From positions 1,056,001 through 1,120,000 of the forward strand of contig OY970229.1 in NCBI GenBank assembly GCA_963714085.1: DNA of 64,000 nt. Direction: 5' to 3'. Position numbers and translations under genes: made by a program. This document shows positions 18,569 through 28,988 of the stretch, one piece after another. The DNA is from an uncultured Candidatus Micrarchaeota archaeon. Its GTDB lineage: Archaea > Micrarchaeota > Micrarchaeia > Anstonellales > Bilamarchaeaceae. Every line of letters begins with the position of its first letter. Position 1 is the stretch's first letter. The notes beneath the pieces were generated by a model that worked only from the letters and a program-made list of their open reading frames with translations, was not told the DNA's origin and did not search any database.

Positions 18569-18694
18569 GCCGGGAAGTGAAGCCTGCGGAGACGAGACCT
18601 CTGCTAGTTATAAGCATAACTGGCAAGTATCTTCAGGGAAGCAGGAAGCCCATGCATTTAGGCACGGGTAGTTCACAAATAATCGCGCTATTTT
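18569..18694 (+). ncRNA. Orphan copy of the tnpB omegaRNA / IS right end; guide begins 18677 (AAATAATCGCGCTA...)
   Basis: 18569-18676 aligns ungapped to 4707-4814 with 94/108 identity by hand count, ending in GTAGTTCAC; no tnpB or left end adjacent. Confidence 0.8.
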
Positions 18695-19239
18695 TTCGCA
18701 CCGAACGCCGCGACGACAGTGTATCTCGGCGCCGTCCCTGGCTTCAGCTCGGAACGCATGAGATAGAACTCCTCTACATCGAACGCGCCGAACTCTTCAT
18801 CGGAATGCTTCCGCAGGAACTCCTTCACGTCGATTTTCCTTTTCACGCGCGCAATGGTCAGGTGCGCGGAGAAGCCGCGCGCCTCCTCCTTTCCGATCCC
18901 ACGCAGCGCTCCGATCACTTTCTCAGCGAGCGCGTCCAGCTCCGGACTCTTCGCTCCGGCCCATACCACGCGGACGTAGCTCTCGTCCGGGAATACGCCG
19001 GTCCCTCTGAGCGGGACCGTGAACCTCCCGAACTCCACGCCCCGCAGCCTGCGTTCGATCTCGCCGACCGCGCGCTCCGGGACCTCTCCGATGAACCTGA
19101 GCGTGAGGTGCATGTTGTCAGGCCTCACAGGGGTTATCGCGTCCTGCGGCAGCTCCTGCGCGAGCTCCGCGATCCTCTCCCGCAGCCCGCGCGGGGCCTC
19201 CACGGAAACAAACAGCCTCTCCCCGCCTCCAAGCGCCAT
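18688..19239 (-). CDS. thpR: RNA 2',3'-cyclic phosphodiesterase (2'-5' RNA ligase family)
   Basis: Two HxT motifs (HLTLRF, HLTIAR), GVFP, SEL..G..Y. Confidence 0.92.
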   Translation of the reverse strand: MALGGGERLFVSVEAPRGLRERIAELAQELPQDAITPVRPDNMHLTLRFIGEVPERAVGEIERRLRGVEFGRFTVPLRGTGVFPDESYVRVVWAGAKSPELDALAEKVIGALRGIGKEEARGFSAHLTIARVKRKIDVKEFLRKHSDEEFGAFDVEEFYLMRSELKPGTAPRYTVVAAFGAKK

Positions 19240-19275
19240 AACCCTTTTTTAAATGGCGCCGGGTAATAAAATCCT

Positions 19276-20535
19276 ATGGTCGGGGAGTCAGCCAAGCCCA
19301 GCGGCAACGAGACGTTCTGCTCCGAGGAGTCGTCCATATCCCTCACGTTCTCGTCCGGCGAGATGAAATCCAAGGAGCAGACCGACGAGAAGGGCTATGG
19401 CATCCGCGTGTTCAAAGACGGCAGGCTCGGGTTCTCCTACTGCGAGAGCGAAGCGGGCATAGCAAGGGCGCAGGAGCTAGCGGCCTCGCTCTCCGCCTAT
19501 TCGCCGAAGACCGGGTTCTCGTTCGCGCCCAAGGCCGCTTATCCGACCCTGGAGCTGGTCGACCAGAAGATAGCCTCCCTCGGCGCCTCGGAGATGGAGG
19601 CCATGCTGGGCCAGATGCGCGAAGGCGCGCAGAAGCACGTGCCCAAGCCGCGCATCATGCTTTCGGCAGGCACCGCCGCGATAAGCCTCGAGAACAGCGA
19701 GGGCTTCTCAGGCTCCTACCGCTCGTCCGCATTCTCCGCCTATGTGGAGGCCATGGACGGGGACGGGTATGGCTTCTCGTATTTCGAGGGCATCTCTCTG
19801 CCGGACGATCCCGCGGCCCTGGGGGAGAAGGCCGGGGCAATGGCCAAGGCGATGAGGAGCGCCAAGAAGCTCGAGCCCGGCCTCTACGACATAGTGTTCG
19901 AGCTCACCGCGCTCGAGGACGTGCTCAGCGTCCTGTTCCCGTCATTGTCAGGGGAGTGGAAACGGAAGCGCACCTCGCTGCTCGCGGAAAAGCTGGGGGA
20001 GCAGGTCTTCAACCCGGCGTTGAGCATCCATGACGACCCGCTGGCCCGGGCGAGCGCCGCGAGGCCGTTCGACGACGAGGGCACGGTGTCCAGGCGCATC
20101 CCGCTCATAGAGAAGGGGGTCCTGAGGAATTTCATCTACGACCGGGAGACCGCCGCGCTCGAGGGCGTGGACGCATGCGGCTTCTGCTCCAGGCAGGGCT
20201 TCACGTCGCCACCCGGCGCGGGGCGCTCGAACGTGGACATAGCGGCCGGCGACTACGATGATCTGGAGCAGGAGCTGGACGGCTGCGTCGTTGTGCACGC
20301 GCTGCACGGCGCCCACACCGCGAACACCACGACCGGGGATTTCGGGCTCGAGGTCAACGTCGCGTTCCACAGGCCGGCCAAGGGTGCCGCGCAGGTGCCG
20401 GTCCGCGGTTTCCTCATCAGCGGTAACATATTTAAACTGCTGAATGGCAATCTATGTCTCGAGAAGAGAAGGGAGACGGTGGGCGGCATGATCGCGCCGC
20501 GCATCGCTTTCAAGGGAGTGCAGGTGATATCCTGA
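19276..20535 (+). CDS. TldD/PmbA family protein
   Basis: [34 protein letters not shown]. Confidence 0.9.
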   Translation: MVGESAKPSGNETFCSEESSISLTFSSGEMKSKEQTDEKGYGIRVFKDGRLGFSYCESEAGIARAQELAASLSAYSPKTGFSFAPKAAYPTLELVDQKIASLGASEMEAMLGQMREGAQKHVPKPRIMLSAGTAAISLENSEGFSGSYRSSAFSAYVEAMDGDGYGFSYFEGISLPDDPAALGEKAGAMAKAMRSAKKLEPGLYDIVFELTALEDVLSVLFPSLSGEWKRKRTSLLAEKLGEQVFNPALSIHDDPLARASAARPFDDEGTVSRRIPLIEKGVLRNFIYDRETAALEGVDACGFCSRQGFTSPPGAGRSNVDIAAGDYDDLEQELDGCVVVHALHGAHTANTTTGDFGLEVNVAFHRPAKGAAQVPVRGFLISGNIFKLLNGNLCLEKRRETVGGMIAPRIAFKGVQVIS

Positions 20536-22520
20536 GGCAGTTCAAGACTACGGAAGAGATTGAGGTCCCGAAGAAGATCATAGACCAGGTCGTGGGCCAG
20601 GACGCCGCGGTGCAGATAATCAAGAAGGCCGCGGCCCAGAAAAGGAACGTGCTGCTCATCGGCCCGCCCGGGACAGGCAAGTCCATGCTTGCCCAGGCCA
20701 TGGCCGAGCTGCTCCCGCTGGAGGAGCTCACGGACGTCGTAGCCATCCCGAACGAGAACAACGAGAACCAGCCGCGCATAGAGGTCGTGAAGACATATCC
20801 CGATTTCGATTATCTCACCAAGCACAAGGAATTCAGGGAATACTACACACCGCAGGAGGTCGCCGCGCTGCAGGCTGCGGCGAAGAAGGGGGGCTCGCGG
20901 CCCGCGCTGCTAAGGATCGGGCTCGGGAGGCGCATAACCACCATAAACAAGGCCATAGACGCCCAGCGCCAGGTGTCGCCCGCGATCGTGTTCGGGTTCC
21001 TCATCCTGATATCGGTGGCGATATGGTTCTTCACCGACCTGCCGGACAACACCAAACTATTCATCGCAGGCGTACTGCTCTTCATAGGCGTGCTCTACGC
21101 GTTCTCGAACGCGTTCTCCGGGCTCAAGCGCGGCATGAGCCCCCAGGAGGCGGGCAGGCCGAAGCTCATAGTGGACAACACCGAGAAATCCGAGGCTCCG
21201 TTCGTGGACGCCACCGGGACCAGGTCCGGCGCGCTGCTCGGTGATGTGCGCCACGATCCGCTCCAGAGCGGCGGCCTCGGCACCCCACCGCACCTCCGCG
21301 TGGAGGCAGGGGCCATCCACAGGGCGAACAAGGGCGTGCTCTTCATAGACGAGATCGCGTCGCTCAAGCTCAACTGGCAGCAGGAGCTGCTCACGGCCAT
21401 GCAGGAGAAGAAATACCCGATAACCGGCCAGAGCGAGATGAGCTCCGGCGCGCTGGTGAAGACCGAGCCGGTCCCAACGGATTTCGTGCTCGTGGCGGCC
21501 GGTAACCTGCCGGACATGCAGCAGATCCACCCTGCGCTGCGCTCGCGCATACGGGGCGGCGGCTACGAGGTCTACGTGGAGGACACCATGGCGGACACGC
21601 CAGCCAACGAGGACAAGCTCGTCCAGTTCGTGGCCCAGGAGGTCAGGAAGGACGGCAAGATACCGCATTTCACCTACGCCGCGGTCCACGAGATCATAGA
21701 GGAGGCCAGGCGCTACGCAGGCCGCAAGAAGAAGTTCACGCTCAACCTCCGCGAACTCGGAGGCCTCGTGCGTGCGGCCGGGGACGTGGCCAGGGAGGAG
21801 AACGCCCCCTACGTGGACGTCAAGCACGTGACCAAGGCCAAGACGATATTCAAGTCCATAGAGACCCAGCTGAGCAGCAAGCTCATAGAGCAGAAGAAGG
21901 AGTACCAGACCGTGCTGACGACGGGCGCCTCGGTCGGAAGGGTGAACGGCCTCGCGGTGCTGGGCAATTCCGCTGCGGGCCTCGTGCTCCCGATAGTGGC
22001 GGACATGACCCCCGCCGCGTCCAGGAGCGAGGGCAAGGTCATCGCGACCGGCAAGCTGGGCCAGATAGCCAAGGAGGCGGTGGAGAACGTGACCGCCATC
22101 ATCAAGAAGCACATCGGCACCGACATATCCAGGACCGACATCCATATCCAGTTCCTCCAGACCTACGAGGGGCTCGAGGGCGACAGCGCTTCTATTTCCA
22201 CGGCGGTGGCCGTGATATCCGCCATGGCCGGGATACCCGTCGAGCAGTCCGTGGCCATGACCGGCTCGCTGGATGTCCGCGGCGACGTGCTGCCCGTGGG
22301 AGGGGTGACCTCCAAGATAGAGGCTGCCATAGACACCGGGCTCAAGAAGGTGCTCATACCGAAATCCAACCTCGAGGACGTCTACCTCGCCGCGGACCGC
22401 AAGAAGCGCATCGAGATAATCCCCGTGGAAAACATCGTCGAGGTCCTGGAGCACTCGCTCAAAGACTGCAAGGAGAAGGACAAGCTGATAAAGCAGATGT
22501 CGAAGCAGTTCAAGAAGTGA
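20532..22520 (+). CDS. lonB: ATP-dependent protease LonB (probable CTG start)
   Basis: GPPGTGKS, two TM helices, [27 protein letters not shown] 4 nt before CTG 20532. Confidence 0.93.
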   Translation: MRQFKTTEEIEVPKKIIDQVVGQDAAVQIIKKAAAQKRNVLLIGPPGTGKSMLAQAMAELLPLEELTDVVAIPNENNENQPRIEVVKTYPDFDYLTKHKEFREYYTPQEVAALQAAAKKGGSRPALLRIGLGRRITTINKAIDAQRQVSPAIVFGFLILISVAIWFFTDLPDNTKLFIAGVLLFIGVLYAFSNAFSGLKRGMSPQEAGRPKLIVDNTEKSEAPFVDATGTRSGALLGDVRHDPLQSGGLGTPPHLRVEAGAIHRANKGVLFIDEIASLKLNWQQELLTAMQEKKYPITGQSEMSSGALVKTEPVPTDFVLVAAGNLPDMQQIHPALRSRIRGGGYEVYVEDTMADTPANEDKLVQFVAQEVRKDGKIPHFTYAAVHEIIEEARRYAGRKKKFTLNLRELGGLVRAAGDVAREENAPYVDVKHVTKAKTIFKSIETQLSSKLIEQKKEYQTVLTTGASVGRVNGLAVLGNSAAGLVLPIVADMTPAASRSEGKVIATGKLGQIAKEAVENVTAIIKKHIGTDISRTDIHIQFLQTYEGLEGDSASISTAVAVISAMAGIPVEQSVAMTGSLDVRGDVLPVGGVTSKIEAAIDTGLKKVLIPKSNLEDVYLAADRKKRIEIIPVENIVEVLEHSLKDCKEKDKLIKQMSKQFKK

Positions 22521-22521
22521 G

Positions 22522-23763
22522 CTATTCCCCTGCCTTTAGCACCACGTTCTCCCCTATGGCGCTTATGGCCGCGAAGGGCATCGCGTATTTCTTCTCGAAC
22601 ACGGTCTGTATCACCAGGTTGCCCTTGGCGCCGTCCACTCCGACTATCCTGCCGAGGTACGTGCCGTGCTCGTTCACCGCCTCCTTGCCCTCCAGTTTCA
22701 TGTTGAGGACTATGTCCTTCCTTATGGAGGTGATTATCCTGGTGCTCAGGTAGCCTATCACCAGCGCGGCCGCGAGCGTGAAGAGAAAGTCGCCGAAGCT
22801 CACATACGGCGGGCTGATGTTGAGCACCCATTCGCTGCCTATCTTGAGCACGGTCATGGCGAGAGTGAATCCGACGACGTAGAGCGCGTAGGTGGTCACC
22901 GCGTACTTCCTCTTGTCGCTGAGCGCGTCCGCGGTCTTACCCGCGATGAGCACGAGGGAGGCGATGAGCACCACCCAGACCATGGAGCCGACCACGTAGG
23001 CGAGCATCTTCTCGTTGGTGAGGCCGAGCTTGGCGCCATCCAGGAAGGTCTGGTAGCCTATCAGCGCCCCGACGAGCAGCAGCGCGTAGCCGCATATGTA
23101 GGCTATCCAGCTCATCTTCTCTATGGAGAACCTGAAGTCCTTCATCGTGCCGGCGAGCGCCTCGTCTATGCCGAACCCCTTCATTATCAGGAACAGCCCG
23201 ACCACGATGCCGGCCGGCTGCCAGCCGAGGCCGAGCGCGCTGGACACCGAGAAGAGGAGTATGAGCAGCGCGGGCACGCCTATGAAGAGCCGGGCGTAGT
23301 GCGGGTCCCGCAGCTTCTCCAGGAGCACGAAATATGTCTTCTCCAGCTCCTTGGCCTGCTTGATGAATATTATCTTGGTCGAGTCTATCTTGAGCCTGGA
23401 GTTCACTATGGGCACGATCTCCTCGTCGGACGCGCCGTCCGAGACCAGCACGCACGAGACGGGGTTGAGCTCCCTCACTATCCTGTCCAGCTGCGCCGAT
23501 ATCTCCCGGTCCGCGCTGTAGCCCATGAGCTTGTTGCCGGTGAGCGTGACGATCTCGGCCTCCCGGCCCTCCTTGCGCATCTGGTCGCATATCTTGATGG
23601 CGTAGAATATGGCGTTGCTGTCTGGGTCCTCCGGGTCGGCCAGAGCCAGCCGCGTGGCCCCGTCCACGTTGTTCTCCCTGCCTATGAGAGGCCCGCTGAC
23701 CTTCGCCTTCTCGTAGAGGTCGTTGTCGCGGTCGACGCATAGGACTAAGATGGGCCTTTTCAT
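22522..23763 (-). CDS. DUF373 family membrane protein
   Basis: LVLCVDRDND, DPEDPDSN, VSDGASDE; multiple TM helices; PRC-barrel-like tail. Confidence 0.88.
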   Translation of the reverse strand: MKRPILVLCVDRDNDLYEKAKVSGPLIGRENNVDGATRLALADPEDPDSNAIFYAIKICDQMRKEGREAEIVTLTGNKLMGYSADREISAQLDRIVRELNPVSCVLVSDGASDEEIVPIVNSRLKIDSTKIIFIKQAKELEKTYFVLLEKLRDPHYARLFIGVPALLILLFSVSSALGLGWQPAGIVVGLFLIMKGFGIDEALAGTMKDFRFSIEKMSWIAYICGYALLLVGALIGYQTFLDGAKLGLTNEKMLAYVVGSMVWVVLIASLVLIAGKTADALSDKRKYAVTTYALYVVGFTLAMTVLKIGSEWVLNISPPYVSFGDFLFTLAAALVIGYLSTRIITSIRKDIVLNMKLEGKEAVNEHGTYLGRIVGVDGAKGNLVIQTVFEKKYAMPFAAISAIGENVVLKAGE

Positions 23764-23819
23764 ATGGCTATATTGGGCTTCCCCTTGTTTTTAAATTCTT
23801 CCCTAGCAAATCCATCCCC

Positions 23820-24390
23820 ATGGGAGAAACAAAGAAGACAGTACTGCCAGGCGAATACATCGCCGGCGCGGAAGAAGTGGTCCCCGGCGAGAACACCTAT
23901 TCGGAGAACGACGAGGTGTACTCCTCCGCCTTCGGAGAGATCAGGGAGCGGGAGCGCAGGGTCGAGGTATCCTGGGACAAGACCAGGCACATGGCGCAGG
24001 TCAAGGTGGGATTGGAGCTCTACTGCATGGTGCGCAAGGTCAGCTCGACCAAGGCGTTCCTGGACTGTACACCGGTCGCAGACTCCGACAAGAGCGGCTC
24101 CGCCATAGAGGTATCTGCCGTCCTGCCGGTCACCGCGATAAGGAACAACTACGTGCGGGACATGCGGGACGAGGTCCGGACCGGTGACATCATAAAGGCG
24201 AGGATAGCCAAGATTGAGCGGGCCGGAGTGGACGTGTCCGTGAACGCGCCAGACTGCGGCGTGGTGAAGGCATACTGCAGCAGCTGCAGGTCCGGAATGG
24301 ATTTAAAAAATGGCGGTCTTATCTGTAGTAATTGCGGAAGGAAGGAGAGCAGGAAGATGTCTTCTCGAGTATCCGTCCGCCTCAGCGTGA
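23820..24390 (+). CDS. csl4: Exosome subunit Csl4 (reads in-frame into rpoL; probable 1-nt indel near 24366)
   Basis: VLPGE N-terminus, S1 domain GDIIKARI, GVVKAYCSSC..CSNCG zinc ribbon. Confidence 0.85.
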
Positions 24391-24395
24391 TTTTT

Positions 24396-24671
24396 ATGGA
24401 AGTCAAGATACTGAAAGAAGAGAAGGGAGAGCTCACCTTCGAGCTCGTGGGCGCGGACCAGTCCCTGCCGCAATTGCTCGTGGAGAAGCTCAACGCCGAC
24501 AAGTCCGTGGATTTCGCCGCCTGCAAGGTCACCCACCCGCTGGTCGCGAACCCGATAGTCATAGTGCGCACTGGTAAAGGCAAGCCATCGGACGTCGTGG
24601 TCAAGGCCCTCAAGGAGCTCTCCGAGGAGCTCGCCAGCTTCAGGAAAAAATTCTCCGACATCGTAGGGTAG
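24396..24671 (+). CDS. rpoL: RNA polymerase subunit L (Rpo11)
   Basis: MEVKILKE..LTFEL, VDFAACKVTHPL; own GTGA SD. Confidence 0.9.
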   Translation: MEVKILKEEKGELTFELVGADQSLPQLLVEKLNADKSVDFAACKVTHPLVANPIVIVRTGKGKPSDVVVKALKELSEELASFRKKFSDIVG

Positions 24672-24675
24672 TGGA

Positions 24676-25674
24676 ATGGCTGACCTGGCCGGAAGCCTGC
24701 AGAAGGCGTACGTGCAATTCGCCATCCTCGTCGGCACGCTGCTCTTATACCTGCTTCTGAAGGGGTTCAGCCCCATGCTCGGCGAGCTGCTCCTCGTCCT
24801 CATACTCGTGGAGATACTTGCGATGGTGGCCCTCGAGGTCCGCCAGGGCGCCAAGGAAACAGGCTGGAAGCACGAGCTGATGGACACCGTCCTGGCCCTG
24901 ATGGTCGCGGTCGCCATATGGCTCTCCGCGTCCTTCATACTCAACACCAGCTCGCCCATATCCGCGGTGGTCTCCTGCTCCATGCTGCCCAACCTCTACC
25001 GCGGCGACTTCGTGGTGCTCCAGGGCGCGCAACCGGACTCCTACCAGATATCCATGACCCAGCAGGAGTTCGAGGAGTTCTCCAAGGGCACTCCGACGAT
25101 ATCCTGGAACAACACCCAGATGCAGGTCAACGGTTCGGTATATGCGTATTGCCAATCATCCTATGCGGTCTCGCAGTCGCCGCTCTGCAGGGCTTTCATA
25201 TCCGACCCCTCCAGCGTGTCTGAGGTTTCCGGCCCTTTCACCTACCAGTATTCCACCTGCACCATACAATACACGAATAACAGCCCGACAGTCTACGGGC
25301 CCTGCCTCCAATCCATCCTTTTCCACGGCCAGGAGTACCCCATGAACCTCTCGCACAACGTCATAGTGTACAAGTCCGACCCAGGCAACTACTACAGCCT
25401 CGTGGGGGACATCGTGCACAGGGTGCTCTTCACCATAAACGCCGACGGGCAGACGTATTACATGACAAAGGGGGACAACAACCCGATAACCGACAACCAG
25501 GTCTTCGACTACAACGGCTCGCACATGGGCAACTCGCCGATACCCGCGAAGAACGTGCGGGGCAAGGTCGTAGCCCGGGTCCCGCTGCTCGGCTACTACA
25601 AGCTCGTGATATCGCTCTATTTCCAGGAGGATCCCCAGTGCAATACGCTGATGCACTACCCGTACGTCAATTGA
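24676..25674 (+). CDS. Signal peptidase I (S26, Sec11-like) with large insert
   Basis: SCSMLPNLYRGD, DIVHRV, TKGDNN, GKVVARVPLLG. Confidence 0.9.
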   Translation: MADLAGSLQKAYVQFAILVGTLLLYLLLKGFSPMLGELLLVLILVEILAMVALEVRQGAKETGWKHELMDTVLALMVAVAIWLSASFILNTSSPISAVVSCSMLPNLYRGDFVVLQGAQPDSYQISMTQQEFEEFSKGTPTISWNNTQMQVNGSVYAYCQSSYAVSQSPLCRAFISDPSSVSEVSGPFTYQYSTCTIQYTNNSPTVYGPCLQSILFHGQEYPMNLSHNVIVYKSDPGNYYSLVGDIVHRVLFTINADGQTYYMTKGDNNPITDNQVFDYNGSHMGNSPIPAKNVRGKVVARVPLLGYYKLVISLYFQEDPQCNTLMHYPYVN

Positions 25675-25675
25675 A

Positions 25676-26224
25676 TCAGCGGTTCAGGATGAGGCATACG
25701 TCATCTACGTATTCGCCTTTATGCAGCATCCATTTCGGGAAAATTGCGAATTCCCTGAACCCCACCTTCTTGTAGAGCGTCAAAGCTGGTTTGTTCGGGG
25801 CGAACGCGCAGAGCCAGATGTTCCTCGGCTTCATCAGCTTCCTCGCCATGCTGGTATTCAGGCGCAGGAGCGCTTCGCCCAAACCAATCCCGCGATATGG
25901 TTTCGCAATGGCGATTCCGAGCGAGACGTTGTCCCTTTCCTTGAACCTGCCGCGCCTCGCTTCCGTGGCCCCCGCGATCTTCCCGTCCACCCGCGCGGCC
26001 ATATAATAAAAGTCCCCTTTCTCCATCGCCTTGAGCGAATCCCTCTTCCATTTTTTTTGCTCTTCCAGCGAGTATTTCCTGTCGTGCACGATATAGGTTC
26101 CCTCGGCGATAAGTGAGTTTATGAATAGCCGGAGCTCTGCCGCGCTGTCCTTGTCGCTGAGGAACGAAACAGTCGCAATCCTTCCGTCCTTAAGCCGGAT
26201 TCTCCTGTCCAAGCGCCATGCCAT
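25676..26224 (-). CDS. GNAT acetyltransferase
   Basis: YRGIGLGEALL, NKPALTLYKKVGF. Confidence 0.9.
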   Translation of the reverse strand: MAWRLDRRIRLKDGRIATVSFLSDKDSAAELRLFINSLIAEGTYIVHDRKYSLEEQKKWKRDSLKAMEKGDFYYMAARVDGKIAGATEARRGRFKERDNVSLGIAIAKPYRGIGLGEALLRLNTSMARKLMKPRNIWLCAFAPNKPALTLYKKVGFREFAIFPKWMLHKGEYVDDVCLILNR

Positions 26225-26228
26225 CTGC

Positions 26229-26924
26229 TCAACCGTACTGCGTCGGCTTCTCCTCTTTCGCCATGAGCTCCTTGAGCTCGTCCCTCAGCTCCTGCTTCTG
26301 GTCCGCGGGAAGCTCCACGGTGTCTATCTTGGCAGCCCAGTCCGAGAGCGCGCCCACCATGCGGCCGAAGAGCTTGTCGCTGTCTGTCAGCCGCGCGTAG
26401 TCTATGAGCGCCCTCAACGCGTAGGGCGAGTCCGACGTGCCCATAGCCTCTATCGCGGCGTTCCGGAGCATGCGGTTTAGCTCGCTCTCCGATGCGCATA
26501 GGCTGGAGAATAAGTGCGACAGCAGCTTCGCCGGCTCGTTCCCCTCCAGCTCGCCGAGCAATAGCACGAGCTCCACGAGCCCCTCCACAGAGGACGTGTA
26601 GTCGAACATCTCCTTGTATACGCTCATCCTCAGGGCGCCCGGCGCCTGCTTCGGGGCTTTCTGCTTGAAGTAATCATATGTCTTCAACGTCCTCATGTCC
26701 GATGCCTGCGCGACTATCTCGTTTATCAGGAAAAGCACGTGCTGGCGCACGGAGTCGCCGCCTTTGGAGTACGCCTTCTGCAGGGACTCCACTGCCGCGT
26801 CCTTGGCGGCTTCGTTCACCGCCACCGGGTAGAGCTTCACGCTGCGCATCGCCTTCTCAATGTCTTTCAGCAGGGGGCCGGTCGCTTTGGCGCCCCTCTT
26901 TTCTGCTTTCCTGGCTGCCACCAT
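26229..26924 (-). CDS. Hypothetical alpha-helical (HEAT-like) protein
   Basis: LRNAAIEAMG..ALRAL pattern; host-like codon usage. Confidence 0.65.
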   Translation of the reverse strand: MVAARKAEKRGAKATGPLLKDIEKAMRSVKLYPVAVNEAAKDAAVESLQKAYSKGGDSVRQHVLFLINEIVAQASDMRTLKTYDYFKQKAPKQAPGALRMSVYKEMFDYTSSVEGLVELVLLLGELEGNEPAKLLSHLFSSLCASESELNRMLRNAAIEAMGTSDSPYALRALIDYARLTDSDKLFGRMVGALSDWAAKIDTVELPADQKQELRDELKELMAKEEKPTQYG

Positions 26925-26985
26925 ATCACCTTTTTTATTATCTCTTCCATCTAAACCAATTATCTATATTAAAGTGGTGGTCCTG

Positions 26986-27555
26986 ATGGAGATCCATTTC
27001 GCGACATCTAACGAGGGCAAGTTCCGCGAGGCCAAGGAGATACTCGGCAAGGCAGGCATCGAAGTGTCGCACTTCCAGTTCGAGCACAACGAGATCCGTT
27101 CGGACAGCCTGGAGGAGGTCGCGATCGAGGCGGTACGCGCCGCTTATAACCAGGTGGGGAAGCCGGTTTTCGTCGAGGACGCCGGTCTCTTCATCCACGT
27201 GCTCGAGGGGTTCCCGGGAACATACTCCGCGTGGGTGCAGAGGAAGATCGGGAACACCGGGATACTGCGGCTGCTCGAAGGAGTGCCAGACCGGTTCGCG
27301 GAATTCCGCGCATCGATAGCGTTCACCGCTGACGGCAAGGATGTCAAGTCGTTCGAAGGGATCTGCAAAGGCACGATCGCGAGGAAGGCAGAAGGCCAGT
27401 CCGGTTTCGGCTACGACCCCATATTCGTGCCGGAAGGCCATTCTCAGACGTTCGCGCAAAACATACAATTAAAAAACGAACTATCGCATAGATACAAATC
27501 TCTTTCAGAGTTTTCCAGGTATCTTCAGGGATATCAGAAGGGCTCTAAGTTCTGA
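26986..27555 (+). CDS. rdgB: Non-canonical purine NTP pyrophosphatase (RdgB/HAM1)
   Basis: FATSNEGK, EDAGL, GFPG.YS, GFGYDPIF, KNELSHR. Confidence 0.95.
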   Translation: MEIHFATSNEGKFREAKEILGKAGIEVSHFQFEHNEIRSDSLEEVAIEAVRAAYNQVGKPVFVEDAGLFIHVLEGFPGTYSAWVQRKIGNTGILRLLEGVPDRFAEFRASIAFTADGKDVKSFEGICKGTIARKAEGQSGFGYDPIFVPEGHSQTFAQNIQLKNELSHRYKSLSEFSRYLQGYQKGSKF

Positions 27556-27564
27556 GGTGTTTTT

Positions 27565-28017
27565 ATCGCAAGATTACATTCGAAGCGGAAGGGGAAGGCG
27601 GGCACGAAGAGGCCGAAGTCAGCCGTCGCACCGGAGTGGTCCGGCGCGAAGAAGGCAGAAGTCAAGGAAATAGTCCTGAAGATGGCAAAGGAGGGTGTGA
27701 CCCCCACCAGGATAGGGCTCACTCTGCGCGACCAGCACGCAATACCGAACGCAAAGGCGGTGCTCGGCATGGGCGTCATCTCGTTCCTCAAACAAGAGAA
27801 CGCGCTTCCGGAGTTCCCGGACGACCTCATGAACCTGATCAAGAAGGCGGTGCGGATGCAGGAGCACCTCAAGACGAGGCGGGACATCCACAACCAGGTC
27901 AAGCTCAGGCACGTGGAATCCAAGATAGGCAGGCTGGTGAAATACTACGCCGCCAAGAAGAGGATACCCGCCGGCTGGAGATACGATGCGGAAAAAGCCG
28001 CGCTCCTCGTGAAGTGA
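27565..28017 (+). CDS. rps15: 30S ribosomal protein S15 (uS15), apparent ATC start
   Basis: ATC-GCA-AGA-TTA-CAT-TCG = (M)ARLHSKRKGKAG, the conserved archaeal uS15 N-terminus; GAGGTG SD 5 nt upstream; IGLTLRDQ, PDDL, ESKI.RL..YY. Confidence 0.93.
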   Translation: MARLHSKRKGKAGTKRPKSAVAPEWSGAKKAEVKEIVLKMAKEGVTPTRIGLTLRDQHAIPNAKAVLGMGVISFLKQENALPEFPDDLMNLIKKAVRMQEHLKTRRDIHNQVKLRHVESKIGRLVKYYAAKKRIPAGWRYDAEKAALLVK

Positions 28018-28021
28018 TCAC

Positions 28022-28615
28022 ATGGCTGCCAAGAAAACGAAAGTAGTAGATAAATGGAAACAGAAGAAATGGTACGCAGTCTCAGCCCCGGCGATTTTCG
28101 ACTCCAGGCAGATATGCGAGGTCGTCGCGGCGGAGGACGCCCAGCTCACGAACAGGATAATACGGACCACTCTGGCGGACATCGGGGTCACCGGCGCGGG
28201 CCAGGTGGGCATGTTCACCTCGCTGCGGTTCAGGATAACCGACGTGAAGGGAACCACCGCGAACACGAAGCTGATAGGCCATGAGATAGCGCCTTCCTAC
28301 GTGAAGACGTTCGCGAGGAGGGGCCGCTCGCTGATCCACCAGGTCGTGGACGTCAAGAGCAAGGACGGAGTCCACATCCGGCTCAAGGCCATCGTGGTGA
28401 CCGGCGCGCGGGTGAGCGAGAACACCATGAGGAACCTCAGGGCCGCCACGGTGAAGGAGATATTCACAAGCGCCTCGGCGTTGAATTTCGACCAGCTCAT
28501 GCAGGACGTGCTCTACGGCAAGTTCACCGCCAACCTCTACAGCACGCTGAAGAAGATCACAAGGATAAGGCGCGTCGAGATCCGCAAGTCCGAGCTCAAA
28601 GAGGTATTCGCATGA
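28022..28615 (+). CDS. rps3ae: 30S ribosomal protein S3Ae (eS1)
   Basis: DKWKQKKWYAVSAP, RRVEIRKSEL. Confidence 0.95.
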   Translation: MAAKKTKVVDKWKQKKWYAVSAPAIFDSRQICEVVAAEDAQLTNRIIRTTLADIGVTGAGQVGMFTSLRFRITDVKGTTANTKLIGHEIAPSYVKTFARRGRSLIHQVVDVKSKDGVHIRLKAIVVTGARVSENTMRNLRAATVKEIFTSASALNFDQLMQDVLYGKFTANLYSTLKKITRIRRVEIRKSELKEVFA

Positions 28616-28944
28616 TGCCTCCGGGCATGGACCCGAAGCATATGAAGCAGATGATGAAGCAGATGGGCATCGGCTCGGAGGAGCTCGATGCCAAGAGCGT
28701 AGTCATCGAAACAACAGACGGCAAGCTGATCGTCGACAATCCACAGGTCGTCAAGATAACCATGCAGGGCCAGGTGTCGTTCCAGATATCCGGCACCGTG
28801 CGCAAGGAATCCTCCATAAGCGAGGATGACGTCAAGATGGTGGCGGAGCAGGCCGGGGTCCAGGAACAGGACGCCAGGGCGGCGCTCGAATCCAGCGACG
28901 GGGACATCGCCGAAGCCATCATGAAGCTCAAAGAAGGCAGATGA
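28612..28944 (+). CDS. nac: Nascent polypeptide-associated complex protein
   Basis: MMKQMGI, GQVSFQISG, UBA-like GDIAEAIMKL. Confidence 0.95.
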   Translation: MMPPGMDPKHMKQMMKQMGIGSEELDAKSVVIETTDGKLIVDNPQVVKITMQGQVSFQISGTVRKESSISEDDVKMVAEQAGVQEQDARAALESSDGDIAEAIMKLKEGR

Positions 28945-28988
28945 ACCGCCGCTAGTTATAAAAAATCTATCATCCCATATTGGAACCC

